The translations under genes were made by a program, and so were the position numbers. Shown here in pieces: positions 1 through 9,965 of a DNA stretch of 36,350 nucleotides. This stretch comes from a virus (lineage: Duplodnaviria > Caudoviricetes), in IMG/VR virus record IMGVR_UViG_3300014656_000073, positions 1 through 36,350 of that record. One strand, 5' to 3'. Within the stretch, counting starts at the first letter, position 1; each line of letters starts with the position of its first letter. The notes under the pieces were generated by a model. It worked only from the letters and a program-made list of their open reading frames with translations, searched no databases and was not told the DNA's origin.

Positions 1-1170
1 TAGTTTTATTTCTGGGATTATTTCTTCTAATGATTCCTTTGCTGATCGTGCTACAGCCATTTGAGCTTTTGCAGAGGCGGGACTATCGGCCACTGCGCTA
101 TAATAGGAATCCATTTCGTTATAAATATTTTGCTTTAATGTCTGTATTTCTTTTGGAGATAATGGGGGAAGTGTTTTTTTATACGCTTTAACATTTTGAG
201 TTGTTAATACATTTCTCCCCTTACTATCAAGAATAGTGCTTTTCACTATTTCCTTTTTTGTTGCTTTCTCTAGTTTGGTGTTTGCAAGAATTATTTGTTG
301 GCGAATATTGTTAATAGATTTTTTGGCAGAAATTGGTTTTCCTGTTAATTTTGCATTTTTGTGCAACTTGTTAAAATCTGAAAACAATCTCTTAATTTTG
401 ATCTTGTGACCAGCTTGTGTTGCTGTATCAATTAATTCTGTTATTTCAGAATTAAACTCGTTTATTCCATATCTCAACTTGTCAAGTCCTCGAACCGTAG
501 GCATAATCTGATTGTCTAGTGCTGTTCTTGTTAGCCGTGATCTTTCTTGTTCAGACAAAACGGTGCTAAACTTTGCAGAACTTTGATATAGTCTTGGAGC
601 AAGACCTTCTGGAACAACAGCTTGGAATGCCTTTACTGCGCCTTTTTTTGCTATATTAATTGGATCAGCAACGGCAGCAGCTTTTTGTATCATGCTTCCG
701 GTTTTAGCCAACTTTGACGACTTACTGATAACTCCTGCCCCCTTAATGGCCGCACCACCGCCCATCAATATACTCGCTACATCAGCAACAATTCCAACAG
801 GGTCTTTTGCAACTGTTTGCTTAAAGTTATCAATAGAGCCATATCTGTCTTTCATCATTCCGACAAGAGCGTCTATCTTTCCTTCATCTTCTTGAATACC
901 AGGAGTTAGTTTTTGGTATGCTCCTTTCGCTAATCCGCCAACAGCTTTTGCGGTTTCAATAGGGTGAATAAATGGTGTAACCAAGTTTTCCCCTTGTTCA
1001 TAGGCGCTTTGTGGAATATTAGAAAATCCTTCGGTTAAGGCTTTTTTCCACGTTAAATCTTCAATATGATTTTGCTCCTCTACTTTGGCTTTTTCAGAAT
1101 TAACCAATACAGACCATTTTTGTTTAGGTTCTTGTTGTACTGGTTGTGCTAAATCATTCCAACGTCCCAT
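1..1170 (-). CDS. Putative DNA ejection/internal virion protein, partial (3' end runs off the window; MGRWNDLAQP...)
   Basis: Not in the ORF track. ATG at 1170-1168 overlaps the stop of the upstream gene (TAATG); I read the frame as open for 390 codons to base 1. Ala/Lys-rich, in the usual position of podoviral ejection proteins. Confidence 0.6.
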   Translation of the reverse strand, partial: MGRWNDLAQPVQQEPKQKWSVLVNSEKAKVEEQNHIEDLTWKKALTEGFSNIPQSAYEQGENLVTPFIHPIETAKAVGGLAKGAYQKLTPGIQEDEGKIDALVGMMKDRYGSIDNFKQTVAKDPVGIVADVASILMGGGAAIKGAGVISKSSKLAKTGSMIQKAAAVADPINIAKKGAVKAFQAVVPEGLAPRLYQSSAKFSTVLSEQERSRLTRTALDNQIMPTVRGLDKLRYGINEFNSEITELIDTATQAGHKIKIKRLFSDFNKLHKNAKLTGKPISAKKSINNIRQQIILANTKLEKATKKEIVKSTILDSKGRNVLTTQNVKAYKKTLPPLSPKEIQTLKQNIYNEMDSYYSAVADSPASAKAQMAVARSAKESLEEIIPEIKL

Positions 1171-2582
1171 TAAAACAACCCTTCTGCCTTTAACTGTTTC
1201 AACACTTCGGTTTGAATTTGATCTTCTGGAATACCTTTTTGTACTAATTCAAGCTCTATTTCATCACCACGAAGGTCAATAGAAGTTTCACCAGAAATAG
1301 CTCCGGCATCAAGTTTTCTATTTAATTCTTCACCAGTTATTCCCTTGGACAAAAAATATTTCTTGAGTGACAGATGCCTTTGTACTTGGTTTATATACCT
1401 ATTATAACTTGGTTCAAACTCATCAGGGGCAAGCTCTTTATTTAAGATAGAATCACGCAACATTTTAATTTCTTTTATTGCTGCTTGCGCTCCGGTAATT
1501 TCTTTTCTGTACGCATTAAAAACTTGCTCAACACCTTCTTGAAGCATTCTTGCTCCCTGCAAAAACTCTCTTCCTCCTTCTCCAATATCAACCCCAGCCT
1601 TAGATGCTTCCCTAAGAGCAAAACGCTTTATCTTTCCACCATAAGTTAAATAGCTTCTTTTGAAATCTTTTCCCAGAACACGCAAATCCTCTAACTGTTG
1701 CTCCAAACCAACAACGTCTTTTTGTAATTTGGTTTCTGTTGGTTTTGTTAGTGACGATTCAGACCCTTGGCTGTAACTAAATGCTCCTGTTTCTGGATCA
1801 AAAGAAAGATCGGTTTTTTGTGAAGAAATCATTTTATCAACTCTTAACTCTGCTTGTGCTCTTTTCTTGCTACCTTCTGGCAAACTATCTGCGTAGTCTT
1901 GTGCTTCCTGTAATGGTGTCTTATCTTCTTTATCTAATCGCCCACCACTCGACACAATAGCATTTTCAACCTGATTAAACTGCGCTTCCGGCACCCGTAT
2001 CTGTCTTTTGGTTCCTGCCTTGTCAAAGTACGTTAATGTTTGTTTAGTCGGCTCTGTGCCAAGGATAAGCTCTCCTGTGGCAAACCCTGGATGTGTTTCT
2101 AAAACCTTTACTTTGTTACCCGTAATAGTGTCGGTAGCTTCAACTTCTCTTGCTTTAATTTCAGGTATCTTTCTGTCGATAAATTTAAAATACGCCTCTG
2201 CTTTTTCCATTGGCAATCCGGCTTTTTGATGAGCCAAAAGTATCGTATCGTATGCCTTTTTCCTTGTTCCTTCACGTTGCTTAATCTGCTCAACTCTTGT
2301 AAGTGGTCTTTCAACCCGTACTGACTGAGAAGGGTCAATAGCTGAAGGGTTAGACGTGGGAAGTGGGCCGAAATTACCAGTTGCCACGCTTTCAGGAGAA
2401 TTAAACGCTATATCATCTGATGTGGTTGTCGGTTCCGGCTGGAATATCTGTGAAAGAAGGGCGTTTCTTTTCTGTAGCTGTTTCTGTTCAGCGAGACCGC
2501 TTAGGGCTTTTGCAAAATTACTTAGTGAATCTCTAACTTTTTGTTGTTCATTTATATTTACCCCTGGAAATGCTATTGGCAT
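1170..2582 (-). CDS. Putative DNA ejection/internal virion protein (470 aa)
   Basis: Long, charged, helical-looking ORF with GAGG RBS, in the tail/ejection block. Confidence 0.5.
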   Translation of the reverse strand: MPIAFPGVNINEQQKVRDSLSNFAKALSGLAEQKQLQKRNALLSQIFQPEPTTTSDDIAFNSPESVATGNFGPLPTSNPSAIDPSQSVRVERPLTRVEQIKQREGTRKKAYDTILLAHQKAGLPMEKAEAYFKFIDRKIPEIKAREVEATDTITGNKVKVLETHPGFATGELILGTEPTKQTLTYFDKAGTKRQIRVPEAQFNQVENAIVSSGGRLDKEDKTPLQEAQDYADSLPEGSKKRAQAELRVDKMISSQKTDLSFDPETGAFSYSQGSESSLTKPTETKLQKDVVGLEQQLEDLRVLGKDFKRSYLTYGGKIKRFALREASKAGVDIGEGGREFLQGARMLQEGVEQVFNAYRKEITGAQAAIKEIKMLRDSILNKELAPDEFEPSYNRYINQVQRHLSLKKYFLSKGITGEELNRKLDAGAISGETSIDLRGDEIELELVQKGIPEDQIQTEVLKQLKAEGLF

Positions 2583-2591
2583 AATTTACTC

Positions 2592-3212
2592 CTAAAACCA
2601 ATCTTCAAACTTTTTAAGTATGCCCTGAACAGGCATCACAAATCTCGCGGCATCTTTGCCCAACATTTTTTCAATAGCGTTAAATGTAAAGTCAGAACCT
2701 ATATCAACACCAGCAGGGGTTCTTTTTAGTGCAAGCCCGTAATCTTTATTTTTTAAGGCAGCGTCTATTTTTTCACCCTGTGTTGGTTCAAAGCCCAACT
2801 TGTCAGATAAAAATCCCAAAAATGGATCTGTTGTTACGCTTGGTTTACTGCCGAAAATATCGTCAGTTTCTTGTCCCTCAAACGATCTATCTGTCTGGTT
2901 TGAAAATTGATGCTGTGCCAATATTGCTGCAAGTATAATCCCTGCTATTCCAGCCCCGCCAACCCCCCCACTCGCACCGGAACTCCCGCCAGCACCACTA
3001 CCCCCACCAGCCCCGGAAGAACCTAATCCAGCCCCGCCGCTTTCGCCTATACCGGCAGCAGGGCCACCAAACCCACCACTAGCAGAACCGCCACCACCTT
3101 TAAAAATCTTATATAGTTCCATCAACTGACCTATATCAGGCCCTTGCTGCTGCTGTCTTCGCTGGTTTTGTTGTCTTTGTTCTTGCTGTGGCCCGTTAAA
3201 TACTATTGGCAT
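2592..3212 (-). CDS. Gly-rich virion/ejection (pilot-like) protein (206 aa)
   Basis: Gln-rich N-terminus, Gly/Ser/Ala tract, then a hydrophobic segment (GIAGIILAAILA); position in the late operon. Confidence 0.45.
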   Translation of the reverse strand: MPIVFNGPQQEQRQQNQRRQQQQGPDIGQLMELYKIFKGGGGSASGGFGGPAAGIGESGGAGLGSSGAGGGSGAGGSSGASGGVGGAGIAGIILAAILAQHQFSNQTDRSFEGQETDDIFGSKPSVTTDPFLGFLSDKLGFEPTQGEKIDAALKNKDYGLALKRTPAGVDIGSDFTFNAIEKMLGKDAARFVMPVQGILKKFEDWF

Positions 3213-3221
3213 AATCTTTAC

Positions 3222-4049
3222 CTATTGTGTTTTAAACATATCCATTATTCCTTGTGAACCACCCAACCCTTGATAGCCCTGTAAAATATTAAGCGCACCA
3301 GATGCGAAATCCATTACCCCCGGGCTTCTTGTTGTGCTCGGCCCTTGAACTATTGGGCTTCTAACTGATTCAGGATTAACAAGTTTTAGTAGCTGGTCTA
3401 GCATTGGTATTCCTGTTGCTTGCTGCTGTGCAATGTTTCTCTGCTCTCCACCGGCACCAAGTCCCAAAGATGCCAACAATGATGCTGTTGATAAACCCCT
3501 TCCTTTTGCTGATTCTTCGGCGGTGAACCTTCTTGCCTCGTCTGTTTCTCTTGAGCCATAAACAAGGCTACCTAGCTGTGATGCAAGGTCTTTTGTTAAG
3601 TCGCCAGTAGCATTTGTAACAGAGCGATTAAAGCCGCCAGAATCAAGTGCGTTTTGTGATATGAACTTTTCTTGGATGCTTGGCATAATGTCTTTTTCAA
3701 ATGCCCTTAATGCAGGATCAACCATTGATTTTCTGAAGTAATCTTCAACTCCTGCTTGGTCAAATTCTGGTATTTGCGAAGGACTTAATGCAGAATCAAA
3801 AGCTGTTCCTAGTTGATCGCCTCCGAGCAAGCCTTGTATCTGCCCAAATATGTCTTGCTGTATTCCTGATGGCCCAACAACCTCTTGCCCTGGGAATATC
3901 TGCGCGCCACTATCCGTAAGCCCCTGCCCCTTACCAAGAAGCGAATTGAGCAATGCTTTTTGTTCTGGTGATAAAAGCTCTGCACTACCTGTTTGCTGTG
4001 CCGGTTGCACCTCATCTGCGCCAAAGAAAAAATCAGTTACTCCACCCAT
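3222..4049 (-). CDS. Putative DNA injection protein (P22 gp7-like position, 275 aa)
   Basis: MGGVTDFFFG N-terminus, Gln/Gly-rich, immediately downstream of a GNAT-like gene as in P22-like tail modules. Confidence 0.5.
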   Translation of the reverse strand: MGGVTDFFFGADEVQPAQQTGSAELLSPEQKALLNSLLGKGQGLTDSGAQIFPGQEVVGPSGIQQDIFGQIQGLLGGDQLGTAFDSALSPSQIPEFDQAGVEDYFRKSMVDPALRAFEKDIMPSIQEKFISQNALDSGGFNRSVTNATGDLTKDLASQLGSLVYGSRETDEARRFTAEESAKGRGLSTASLLASLGLGAGGEQRNIAQQQATGIPMLDQLLKLVNPESVRSPIVQGPSTTRSPGVMDFASGALNILQGYQGLGGSQGIMDMFKTQ

Positions 4050-4450
4050 TGCATCACCGTATATTTAGACCGTGTATATCCTTCTTTTTTAAATGCCCCT
4101 GGTCTTGTTGTGGACATTTTTATACCTTTTAAATTATGTTCTTTAACCAATGATTTCAGTATATTTGTTGCTTCGTTTATAATCCCCTTTCCCTGATACT
4201 TTTTGTCAATAGATAGAATATTTATATGCAGCCATAAATCTAAGGGGCTTATGTTTCCGAATAAAAATCCTTTTACTAAATTTTCTTTATTGGCGAACAC
4301 GGCCAGAATGGTTAATGGATTCTTTGCAATTACCGTTCCAAACTCATAAAACCTATCAACCTCAAATTCACGGTCTTTTATCTGTTCAACCAATGAACGT
4401 GGTATCAGGTTAACGTCTTGGATAGGTATGCAAGTTAGATTAGTACCCAT
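4037..4450 (-). CDS. GNAT-fold protein (acetyltransferase-like / P22 gp14-like assembly protein)
   Basis: GNAT motif A-like sequence LSIDKKYQGKGI; position between tail and ejection genes. Confidence 0.55.
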   Translation of the reverse strand: MGTNLTCIPIQDVNLIPRSLVEQIKDREFEVDRFYEFGTVIAKNPLTILAVFANKENLVKGFLFGNISPLDLWLHINILSIDKKYQGKGIINEATNILKSLVKEHNLKGIKMSTTRPGAFKKEGYTRSKYTVMQWVE

Positions 4451-5130
4451 TATCCACCAACCTGTTTAGCATTTAAAACTACATGGTCTGTTGTCCATAT
4501 CTTACCAGATCCGCTTACACACCTAACCCACACCTCAAGTGTATCAGCCGCAGAAAGGTTGGCAAAACACATCATTGACCCTGTTTGCACCTTATTAGCT
4601 GTTGGTACTGTTACGTGAACGGTTATAGCCGATACTTGTGTGGCTCCGTTGTTTTTAAATACAGCTATTTCAAAATCATTGTTAGCTGTTGTTGATCCTC
4701 CAGAAACACCCATAAAGGTTTGATAGTCACCGGCCTTTCCTATTGTTATATGATCGTTTGTGTGGTCTGGAACAACCCCACCATTACTTTGTGCGTTAAT
4801 ATTAAATGCAGTTATTTGATACCATACGTTGATAGTTGTGCAAGTTGTGGGCGTTCCTGCTCCTGCTGTATGAAAATTAAGACAGCCATATAATAACCCA
4901 GCCCCACCATGAAAAGTTATATCTCCGCCACTACCAAACTCTATATAATTACCATTCTCAACATCCCCAAGTTGCCTTGAGTTCTGATTTACAACCTCTG
5001 AAATTTCTTTTAGCTGAAACTCAAGGCTCTTAACAAGCCTTCGCATATATTCAGCCATTGCTTGAGGGTTCAGCTTTATGAACGGCTGATCTTCAAATGG
5101 CAATGTTTTCGATTCTGGTATTACGGCCAT
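4450..5130 (-). CDS. Virion structural protein (short N-terminal coiled coil, C1q/BclA-like beta C-terminal domain)
   Basis: Beta-rich C-terminus (HITIGKAGDY...LSAADTLEVWV); translationally coupled to its neighbours. Confidence 0.45.
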   Translation of the reverse strand: MAVIPESKTLPFEDQPFIKLNPQAMAEYMRRLVKSLEFQLKEISEVVNQNSRQLGDVENGNYIEFGSGGDITFHGGAGLLYGCLNFHTAGAGTPTTCTTINVWYQITAFNINAQSNGGVVPDHTNDHITIGKAGDYQTFMGVSGGSTTANNDFEIAVFKNNGATQVSAITVHVTVPTANKVQTGSMMCFANLSAADTLEVWVRCVSGSGKIWTTDHVVLNAKQVGG

Positions 5131-6665
5131 TAGTTTATTATCCTGCCTGCCGGTTTAACATAAATCATTATCGCGTGTATTTTTGGGAGAACACCACTAT
5201 CGTCTTGGTATATTCTCATCTTGTGAGAGTTCCCAGTTGCATTAACATAAACCCTCACCCAATGCTTATCGACATCTGCATCTGTAGCAAAGCTAAGTGT
5301 TTTGGTTGTATATGCTGACTTTTCAAAGTCTAAATAGAAATCAATATATGCTTCTGAGCCAGCTTCTTTTGTTACTAGAAAATCAACATATCCAAGTCGA
5401 GCCTTTAGACCCCTTTCTTTTAGTGGGTTAAATCGACCAGTTTCAATATCCATTGCTATTGCTTCGCCATCATCACTAGAGCCACTTTGCAAAACATAAA
5501 CCTTCCCGTCACTCTTTCCAGCTAATATTTGAGGATATCCGGCGTGCAGAGAATCACCAATCCAATTATCAGTAGAATCTTCCCACGTTCCTGTAATGTT
5601 TGACCAGGTGTATGTTGTCTCAGAGTTATAACTTCCAGCACAAATAAACGGCATGTCCTTTAAGATGGCCCAATCAAAATCTTTATAATTAAATACTAAA
5701 ACTTCATCATTTGCAGTTGCATTTAACGATGGATAAAACGTCCATATTTGCCGTAATTCTTCGAACAATATACTGTGTGAATATGGAAGAGACGTTGAAT
5801 TCATCGACAAGGTGAGATCTGGCACTCTATCGTCTATTTTCTCAACATTCGTTCCGTCTGTTACAATAAGCCCTGCCTTACCTAATGCAGAGACTTTGTC
5901 CCTGAATGCTGTTCCGGTAAAAAACGCGCTTGCTCCATCACTTGACGATATTTTCTCCCATCTGAACGGCAGTATTGGGTCGCCAGTATATCTGAAAAGC
6001 CATACAGATTTTGAAAAAACCACTATTATGTCATCGTTTATTGGTGCTGTTGTAACAATACTTTCTGATGTTGGGCAGTCTATATATTCATCTGCTGATA
6101 AGTCTTCAACATTTGTTACTGATGACCACCTTGCTCTTTTTAAATATCGAGTTCCATCTTCTTGGGTGTCGAATAAAATTAATCGTCTTTTGTAGTATGC
6201 TAAGTGTCTGCAAAAATTAAGGGTTGTCAATCCAGCCGGTAGTGTCCAGCTTACATTTGCTGGTGCCGTTCCATCATATGATCTGATTAAGTTTTTACCG
6301 TTAGCCATATACAGCTTTCCTGCTGCATTAACCGCTGAGACAAGGTTTGTGGTATCTCCTGTCCATACATCTGAACTGTCTTTATCAACTAAAGCCGTTC
6401 CGTTCCATTCATACAATCTGTCAACGGTATTAACAATTGGTGTTTCTGCTCCACTTGTTTCTATGAAATTATGAATACCCACAACTGCATCACTACTTCC
6501 TGTGTCTGCCCACTCACTATACCCCATTCTTTTTTCTATATAGCCATCCCTTAAAAACGCATTCTCCATTTTAGAAAATGCTTTAGATGGTAACAGCCAT
6601 GGCTCTTTGTCGAGCATGAGGCCGATATCAAAAGAAGCTATAAGGAAAGGTTGATAACTAGGCAT
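5130..6665 (-). CDS. Tail nozzle / DNA stabilization protein (P22 gp10 / tail tubular B-like, 511 aa)
   Basis: Size, beta-propeller-like composition, N-terminal MENAFLRDGYIEKRMG and ARWSS motifs, position. Confidence 0.6.
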   Translation of the reverse strand: MPSYQPFLIASFDIGLMLDKEPWLLPSKAFSKMENAFLRDGYIEKRMGYSEWADTGSSDAVVGIHNFIETSGAETPIVNTVDRLYEWNGTALVDKDSSDVWTGDTTNLVSAVNAAGKLYMANGKNLIRSYDGTAPANVSWTLPAGLTTLNFCRHLAYYKRRLILFDTQEDGTRYLKRARWSSVTNVEDLSADEYIDCPTSESIVTTAPINDDIIVVFSKSVWLFRYTGDPILPFRWEKISSSDGASAFFTGTAFRDKVSALGKAGLIVTDGTNVEKIDDRVPDLTLSMNSTSLPYSHSILFEELRQIWTFYPSLNATANDEVLVFNYKDFDWAILKDMPFICAGSYNSETTYTWSNITGTWEDSTDNWIGDSLHAGYPQILAGKSDGKVYVLQSGSSDDGEAIAMDIETGRFNPLKERGLKARLGYVDFLVTKEAGSEAYIDFYLDFEKSAYTTKTLSFATDADVDKHWVRVYVNATGNSHKMRIYQDDSGVLPKIHAIMIYVKPAGRIIN

Positions 6666-7361
6666 TTAATCCAATGTGCATACGATAAAGTCCATGTATT
6701 TAGGTACTATTGTTGCTGATACTATTGTAAAAGAATGTGCGTGCTGATAAGATGCTGCTATAGACGAACCTGTTCCTGCAGCTGCGGCTGATACAGCAGT
6801 TGCGGCCATTGTCCCGGTATGAGTATGGGTTAGTGCCTGAAAGTTAGTTATCCCTCCACTCGTTCCACCAGTTCCACCCGCTGCAACTATCCTCGCGCCT
6901 GAATTTGCTTGTATTGCTGCCTCAGTCCATCCTGTTGGGCAAGATGCCTGATAAAATGGCATTGTTGTTCCAGACGGAAATGGATATACGGCGCCACCAG
7001 TTGTCATCTGAACTTCGTCACCATCTTCATCACAATAGAAAAGCTCTGCCTTTGCAGAAACATCTTTAGTATAAACTGTTCCCTTGTTTGCTGTTCCTGC
7101 ACAAGTATAATCACCTGTGCGGTATGTTGATTGTTTATGTTCTCCGTGGTCTGCATCGGTTCCGGCAACAGCCATATAGTGGTCATGTGCCATTCTTTCA
7201 CGGATATCTGTTTTAAGGTTTCTTATCCGTGTTGCGCCAGCACTTATATTGTCACCGTCTGCCGGTAACAACTCATAAGAGGCGTTCCATGTTCGTGTGT
7301 TTGCTGCATAAACAGTTACAGCAAATAATATAATTGATAAACCAATAAATACTCTTTTCAT
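6666..7361 (-). CDS. Short tail-fibre-like protein with N-terminal signal-peptide-like sequence (231 aa)
   Basis: FPSGTTMPFYQASCPTGW (tail-collar-like) and HTH/HAH motifs; N-terminus MKRVFIGLSIILFAVTVYA. Confidence 0.55.
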   Translation of the reverse strand: MKRVFIGLSIILFAVTVYAANTRTWNASYELLPADGDNISAGATRIRNLKTDIRERMAHDHYMAVAGTDADHGEHKQSTYRTGDYTCAGTANKGTVYTKDVSAKAELFYCDEDGDEVQMTTGGAVYPFPSGTTMPFYQASCPTGWTEAAIQANSGARIVAAGGTGGTSGGITNFQALTHTHTGTMAATAVSAAAAGTGSSIAASYQHAHSFTIVSATIVPKYMDFIVCTLD

Positions 7362-7362
7362 T

Positions 7363-8001
7363 TTAGAATCCTGGGGTTGATCTTTTGCCAGCCGGTATTT
7401 GCTGAATATACTTCGTTGTTATTGAATGTTGATGGAAAGAATACAGGTCTTTTAACTCGTCTGCCGCTTGGTTTTCACCTGCTGCCTGTAGTATTTCAAT
7501 AGATGTTCCATAAGCAATAAACGGCCCCCATTTGTTATCTTCAGGAGTGTTTGCATCTGCTGTGAATGCCGTTGGCTTATGTACGGTTGTTTTCACTTTA
7601 ACCGTGTATGCGGCATCTGGTATTGGTCTTAAATAAAGAGTATTCCCAAACAACAATATGTCGGATGGTTCTGCTTCGTCAGTATTTGAATGAGGATATT
7701 GCTGGAAAAACACATTATCATCTATCCAGAAGTTGACCTGATCTCCGTCTACATAAATTGGTGGAACGACATTAATAATAGAAGAATCTATTGCGGAAAG
7801 AGCCTTTGTTCCTGTTCCATCAACAGTATCGAACTCAAAGTATGCAGTAAATTCATGTACAGATACTTCTTGTGGTAATATCTCCACATAAAAGTCATTA
7901 ATCTTATCAAGAAGATCGGCGTCTGATATCTGAGAAGTTGACGGTCGCCCTGTTAATTCCCGTATCTTTGCTTTAATTCTTGTTACTGTCCAAGAACTCA
8001 T
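7363..8001 (-). CDS. Head-tail adaptor (tail tubular A-like, 212 aa)
   Basis: LYLRPIPDAAYTV motif and size typical of podoviral adaptors. Confidence 0.6.
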   Translation of the reverse strand: MSSWTVTRIKAKIRELTGRPSTSQISDADLLDKINDFYVEILPQEVSVHEFTAYFEFDTVDGTGTKALSAIDSSIINVVPPIYVDGDQVNFWIDDNVFFQQYPHSNTDEAEPSDILLFGNTLYLRPIPDAAYTVKVKTTVHKPTAFTADANTPEDNKWGPFIAYGTSIEILQAAGENQAADELKDLYSFHQHSITTKYIQQIPAGKRSTPGF

Positions 8002-8141
8002 TTCTTCCTCTTTTTCTGCATTACTTTTTTACAGTCTCTTTCTTCTTGCAAAGTCCCAACCGCAGCACACAAGGCAAGAATAACCTCCTGCTGTTTAATT
8101 GGGTTTTTAAGCAAGGCTCTATCAACTTTAAGCAGTTCCAT
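7998..8141 (-). CDS. Small hypothetical protein (47 aa, MELLKVDR...)
   Basis: Internal ATG of the track ORF, preceded by GGGAGAG RBS; overlaps both neighbours. Confidence 0.4.
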   Translation of the reverse strand: MELLKVDRALLKNPIKQQEVILALCAAVGTLQEERDCKKVMQKKRKK

Positions 8142-9066
8142 GTCTCTCCCTTTCATATTGAGCCATCCACATAAGTCCCATAATCGCTGTTTGGGGTATA
8201 TGAAACAAAGGATTAACAAAAGCATTTCCGGCCATTGTTAGAAATCCTATGGCTGTTTGTCTTGATATCTTCTTGAACGATTTAAGGAAACCATAGAAAT
8301 AGAATGCTATCGGGATAACGGCTATATATCCAAGTTCGTATATAATTTGGATATATTCATTATGAGCTGAACCCATATGTCCAATCTTTTTATACGACCC
8401 CAAACCACCACCTATTGTGACCATATCTAACCGCTTCCACTCAGCAAGCCGATTAGTTACTCCGGGGTTATCTATATAAAGATATGCTGCTGCTGCTAAA
8501 ACAAACAGAATAGCGTATTTCGGTTTATAGGTTAAAGAATAGACAAAACAGGAAAAACACAGCGCATATATACCACCACTTGATTCACACAAAATAAGTG
8601 AAGGGACAAGTAGCACTAAACAATAAACCCACCATTTCCTAAAAAAAGCAGGAATTGCCATAGCTAAAAGTGCTGAATGAAAATTCTTGTTTGGTGTTAT
8701 TCCAACAAAAGAAAATTCTTTCTTAAAAGCATACGGCCAGTTCGCACCAAGCATTTGAGCTACAGCAACCAGACAGCTTGCCAATGCAATAATGCAAATA
8801 ACGTCCATTATCCTTGTTCCATCTTTAACCAGAAGCAACCAGAAAAATATTGCTAGTAAAACGACTAGAAACTCAGGTGTTCTGCACCCCTTCCACGTCA
8901 ACACAAACAGCAATGCAAGTGGTATGTTTATTTTACCAATAATCCATGCTGCTGCTGCCAAAAAACCAATAATTGCCGACACCAAGGTGTTTTGACGCAC
9001 CGTTAAAAATGTCATGTGGAAAATACTGGATAAGACAGCAATAGCATGAACCATACTACTTGCCAC
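8128..9066 (-). CDS. O-antigen ligase/polymerase-like (Wzy_C/WaaL family) polytopic membrane protein
   Basis: About 10 hydrophobic segments; GITPNKN, SSGG, NRLAEW, GGGLGSY and SAHNEYIQIIYELG match the family motif pattern (R..W..G.G.G...HN.Y.....E.G). Confidence 0.75.
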   Translation of the reverse strand: MASSMVHAIAVLSSIFHMTFLTVRQNTLVSAIIGFLAAAAWIIGKINIPLALLFVLTWKGCRTPEFLVVLLAIFFWLLLVKDGTRIMDVICIIALASCLVAVAQMLGANWPYAFKKEFSFVGITPNKNFHSALLAMAIPAFFRKWWVYCLVLLVPSLILCESSGGIYALCFSCFVYSLTYKPKYAILFVLAAAAYLYIDNPGVTNRLAEWKRLDMVTIGGGLGSYKKIGHMGSAHNEYIQIIYELGYIAVIPIAFYFYGFLKSFKKISRQTAIGFLTMAGNAFVNPLFHIPQTAIMGLMWMAQYERERHGTA

Positions 9067-9547
9067 CAGATACTTGTTCGCTTACTGCACCAGCTGTTAT
9101 TGTTGCAGGGCCAGAATTGGCAACCTGGTCAGGTGTTACTGCCGTCATTGCTGCCGGAGTAACAGAATCTATCGTCTCGTCAAATGTTGTCGTGGTAACA
9201 CCCGTGTCGATATTTAACTGTGCGGCAAGTGTTTCTGCCCAAACAGATAACTCGTCAACAACGGATTTATACTTTCCGTGGTCAGATATTAATTCACCGA
9301 CCCCAAGAGAAGAAGCGTTTAGACTTGCCTTCATCTCATCAACAACTGCTTTTGTTGTTGCATGGTCTGTTCGTAGTTCGTTTGCCAAAGTCCTTAGATC
9401 ATCTAACTCATCGTCTATACGATTTAATAGTCGTTCCAAGGAGTTTGGGTTCTGCACCGCTTCTCTGGTTATCTGATAAGTGCCAGCAGCCCAAGAGCTA
9501 CTAATAATTACAGTAACAAATAAAAGAGACAGCAAGATTTTTTTCAT
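9056..9547 (-). CDS. Coiled-coil protein with signal-peptide-like N-terminus (163 aa)
   Basis: Likely start MKKILLSLLFVTVIISSSWA at 9547; heptad-rich body. Confidence 0.5.
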   Translation of the reverse strand: MKKILLSLLFVTVIISSSWAAGTYQITREAVQNPNSLERLLNRIDDELDDLRTLANELRTDHATTKAVVDEMKASLNASSLGVGELISDHGKYKSVVDELSVWAETLAAQLNIDTGVTTTTFDETIDSVTPAAMTAVTPDQVANSGPATITAGAVSEQVSGGK

Positions 9548-9548
9548 C

Positions 9549-9923
9549 TTATACCCCCAATTCAACAGGGACAACAGAAAACCTATGCTTGAATCCCGCT
9601 ATCTTTTTGATAATAGCCACAACATCTTTTGGTGCTGTTGGGTCTTGTATCATCTGATGAATAGGCGTTTTGACATTATTCAAATGTCTGACAACGATTC
9701 TTGGAATGTCATATTCCTGACCATCATAGAATGCAAAAGAATGTCCTTCATAGGTAAATTCGATTGATACGTTCTTGCCAGGGTCTTCAAGGTTCATAAC
9801 CCGGCACTTGATCATATCTTTCATCTCTGTGTCGATTTTTTTCTGATAAGCAGCCCGTCTTTGTTTCTCGGACTGGTCACGCCTCTTGATCTTTTCCTTA
9901 TAGGCTGTGTCTGCTGTGCCCAT
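9549..9923 (-). CDS. Hypothetical protein downstream of capsid genes (124 aa)
   Basis: AGGAG RBS; in the late operon. Confidence 0.6.
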   Translation of the reverse strand: MGTADTAYKEKIKRRDQSEKQRRAAYQKKIDTEMKDMIKCRVMNLEDPGKNVSIEFTYEGHSFAFYDGQEYDIPRIVVRHLNNVKTPIHQMIQDPTAPKDVVAIIKKIAGFKHRFSVVPVELGV

Positions 9924-9940
9924 TGCTTTATTCTCCTGTT

Positions 9941-9960
9941 AAGAGGGGCCGAAGCCCCCC
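9941..9960 (-). terminator. UUCG-capped GC hairpin after the capsid/decoration genes (weak terminator or mRNA stabiliser)
   Basis: GGGGGGC-TTCG-GCCCCTC-TT on the minus strand; short U tail. Confidence 0.55.
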
Positions 9961-9965
9961 ATTAA

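Noticed and set aside
2940-3190. GC-rich and CAG-type low-complexity tract
   Set aside because: Explained by Gly/Ser/Ala and Gln codons of the 206-aa protein; not a separate DNA repeat element.
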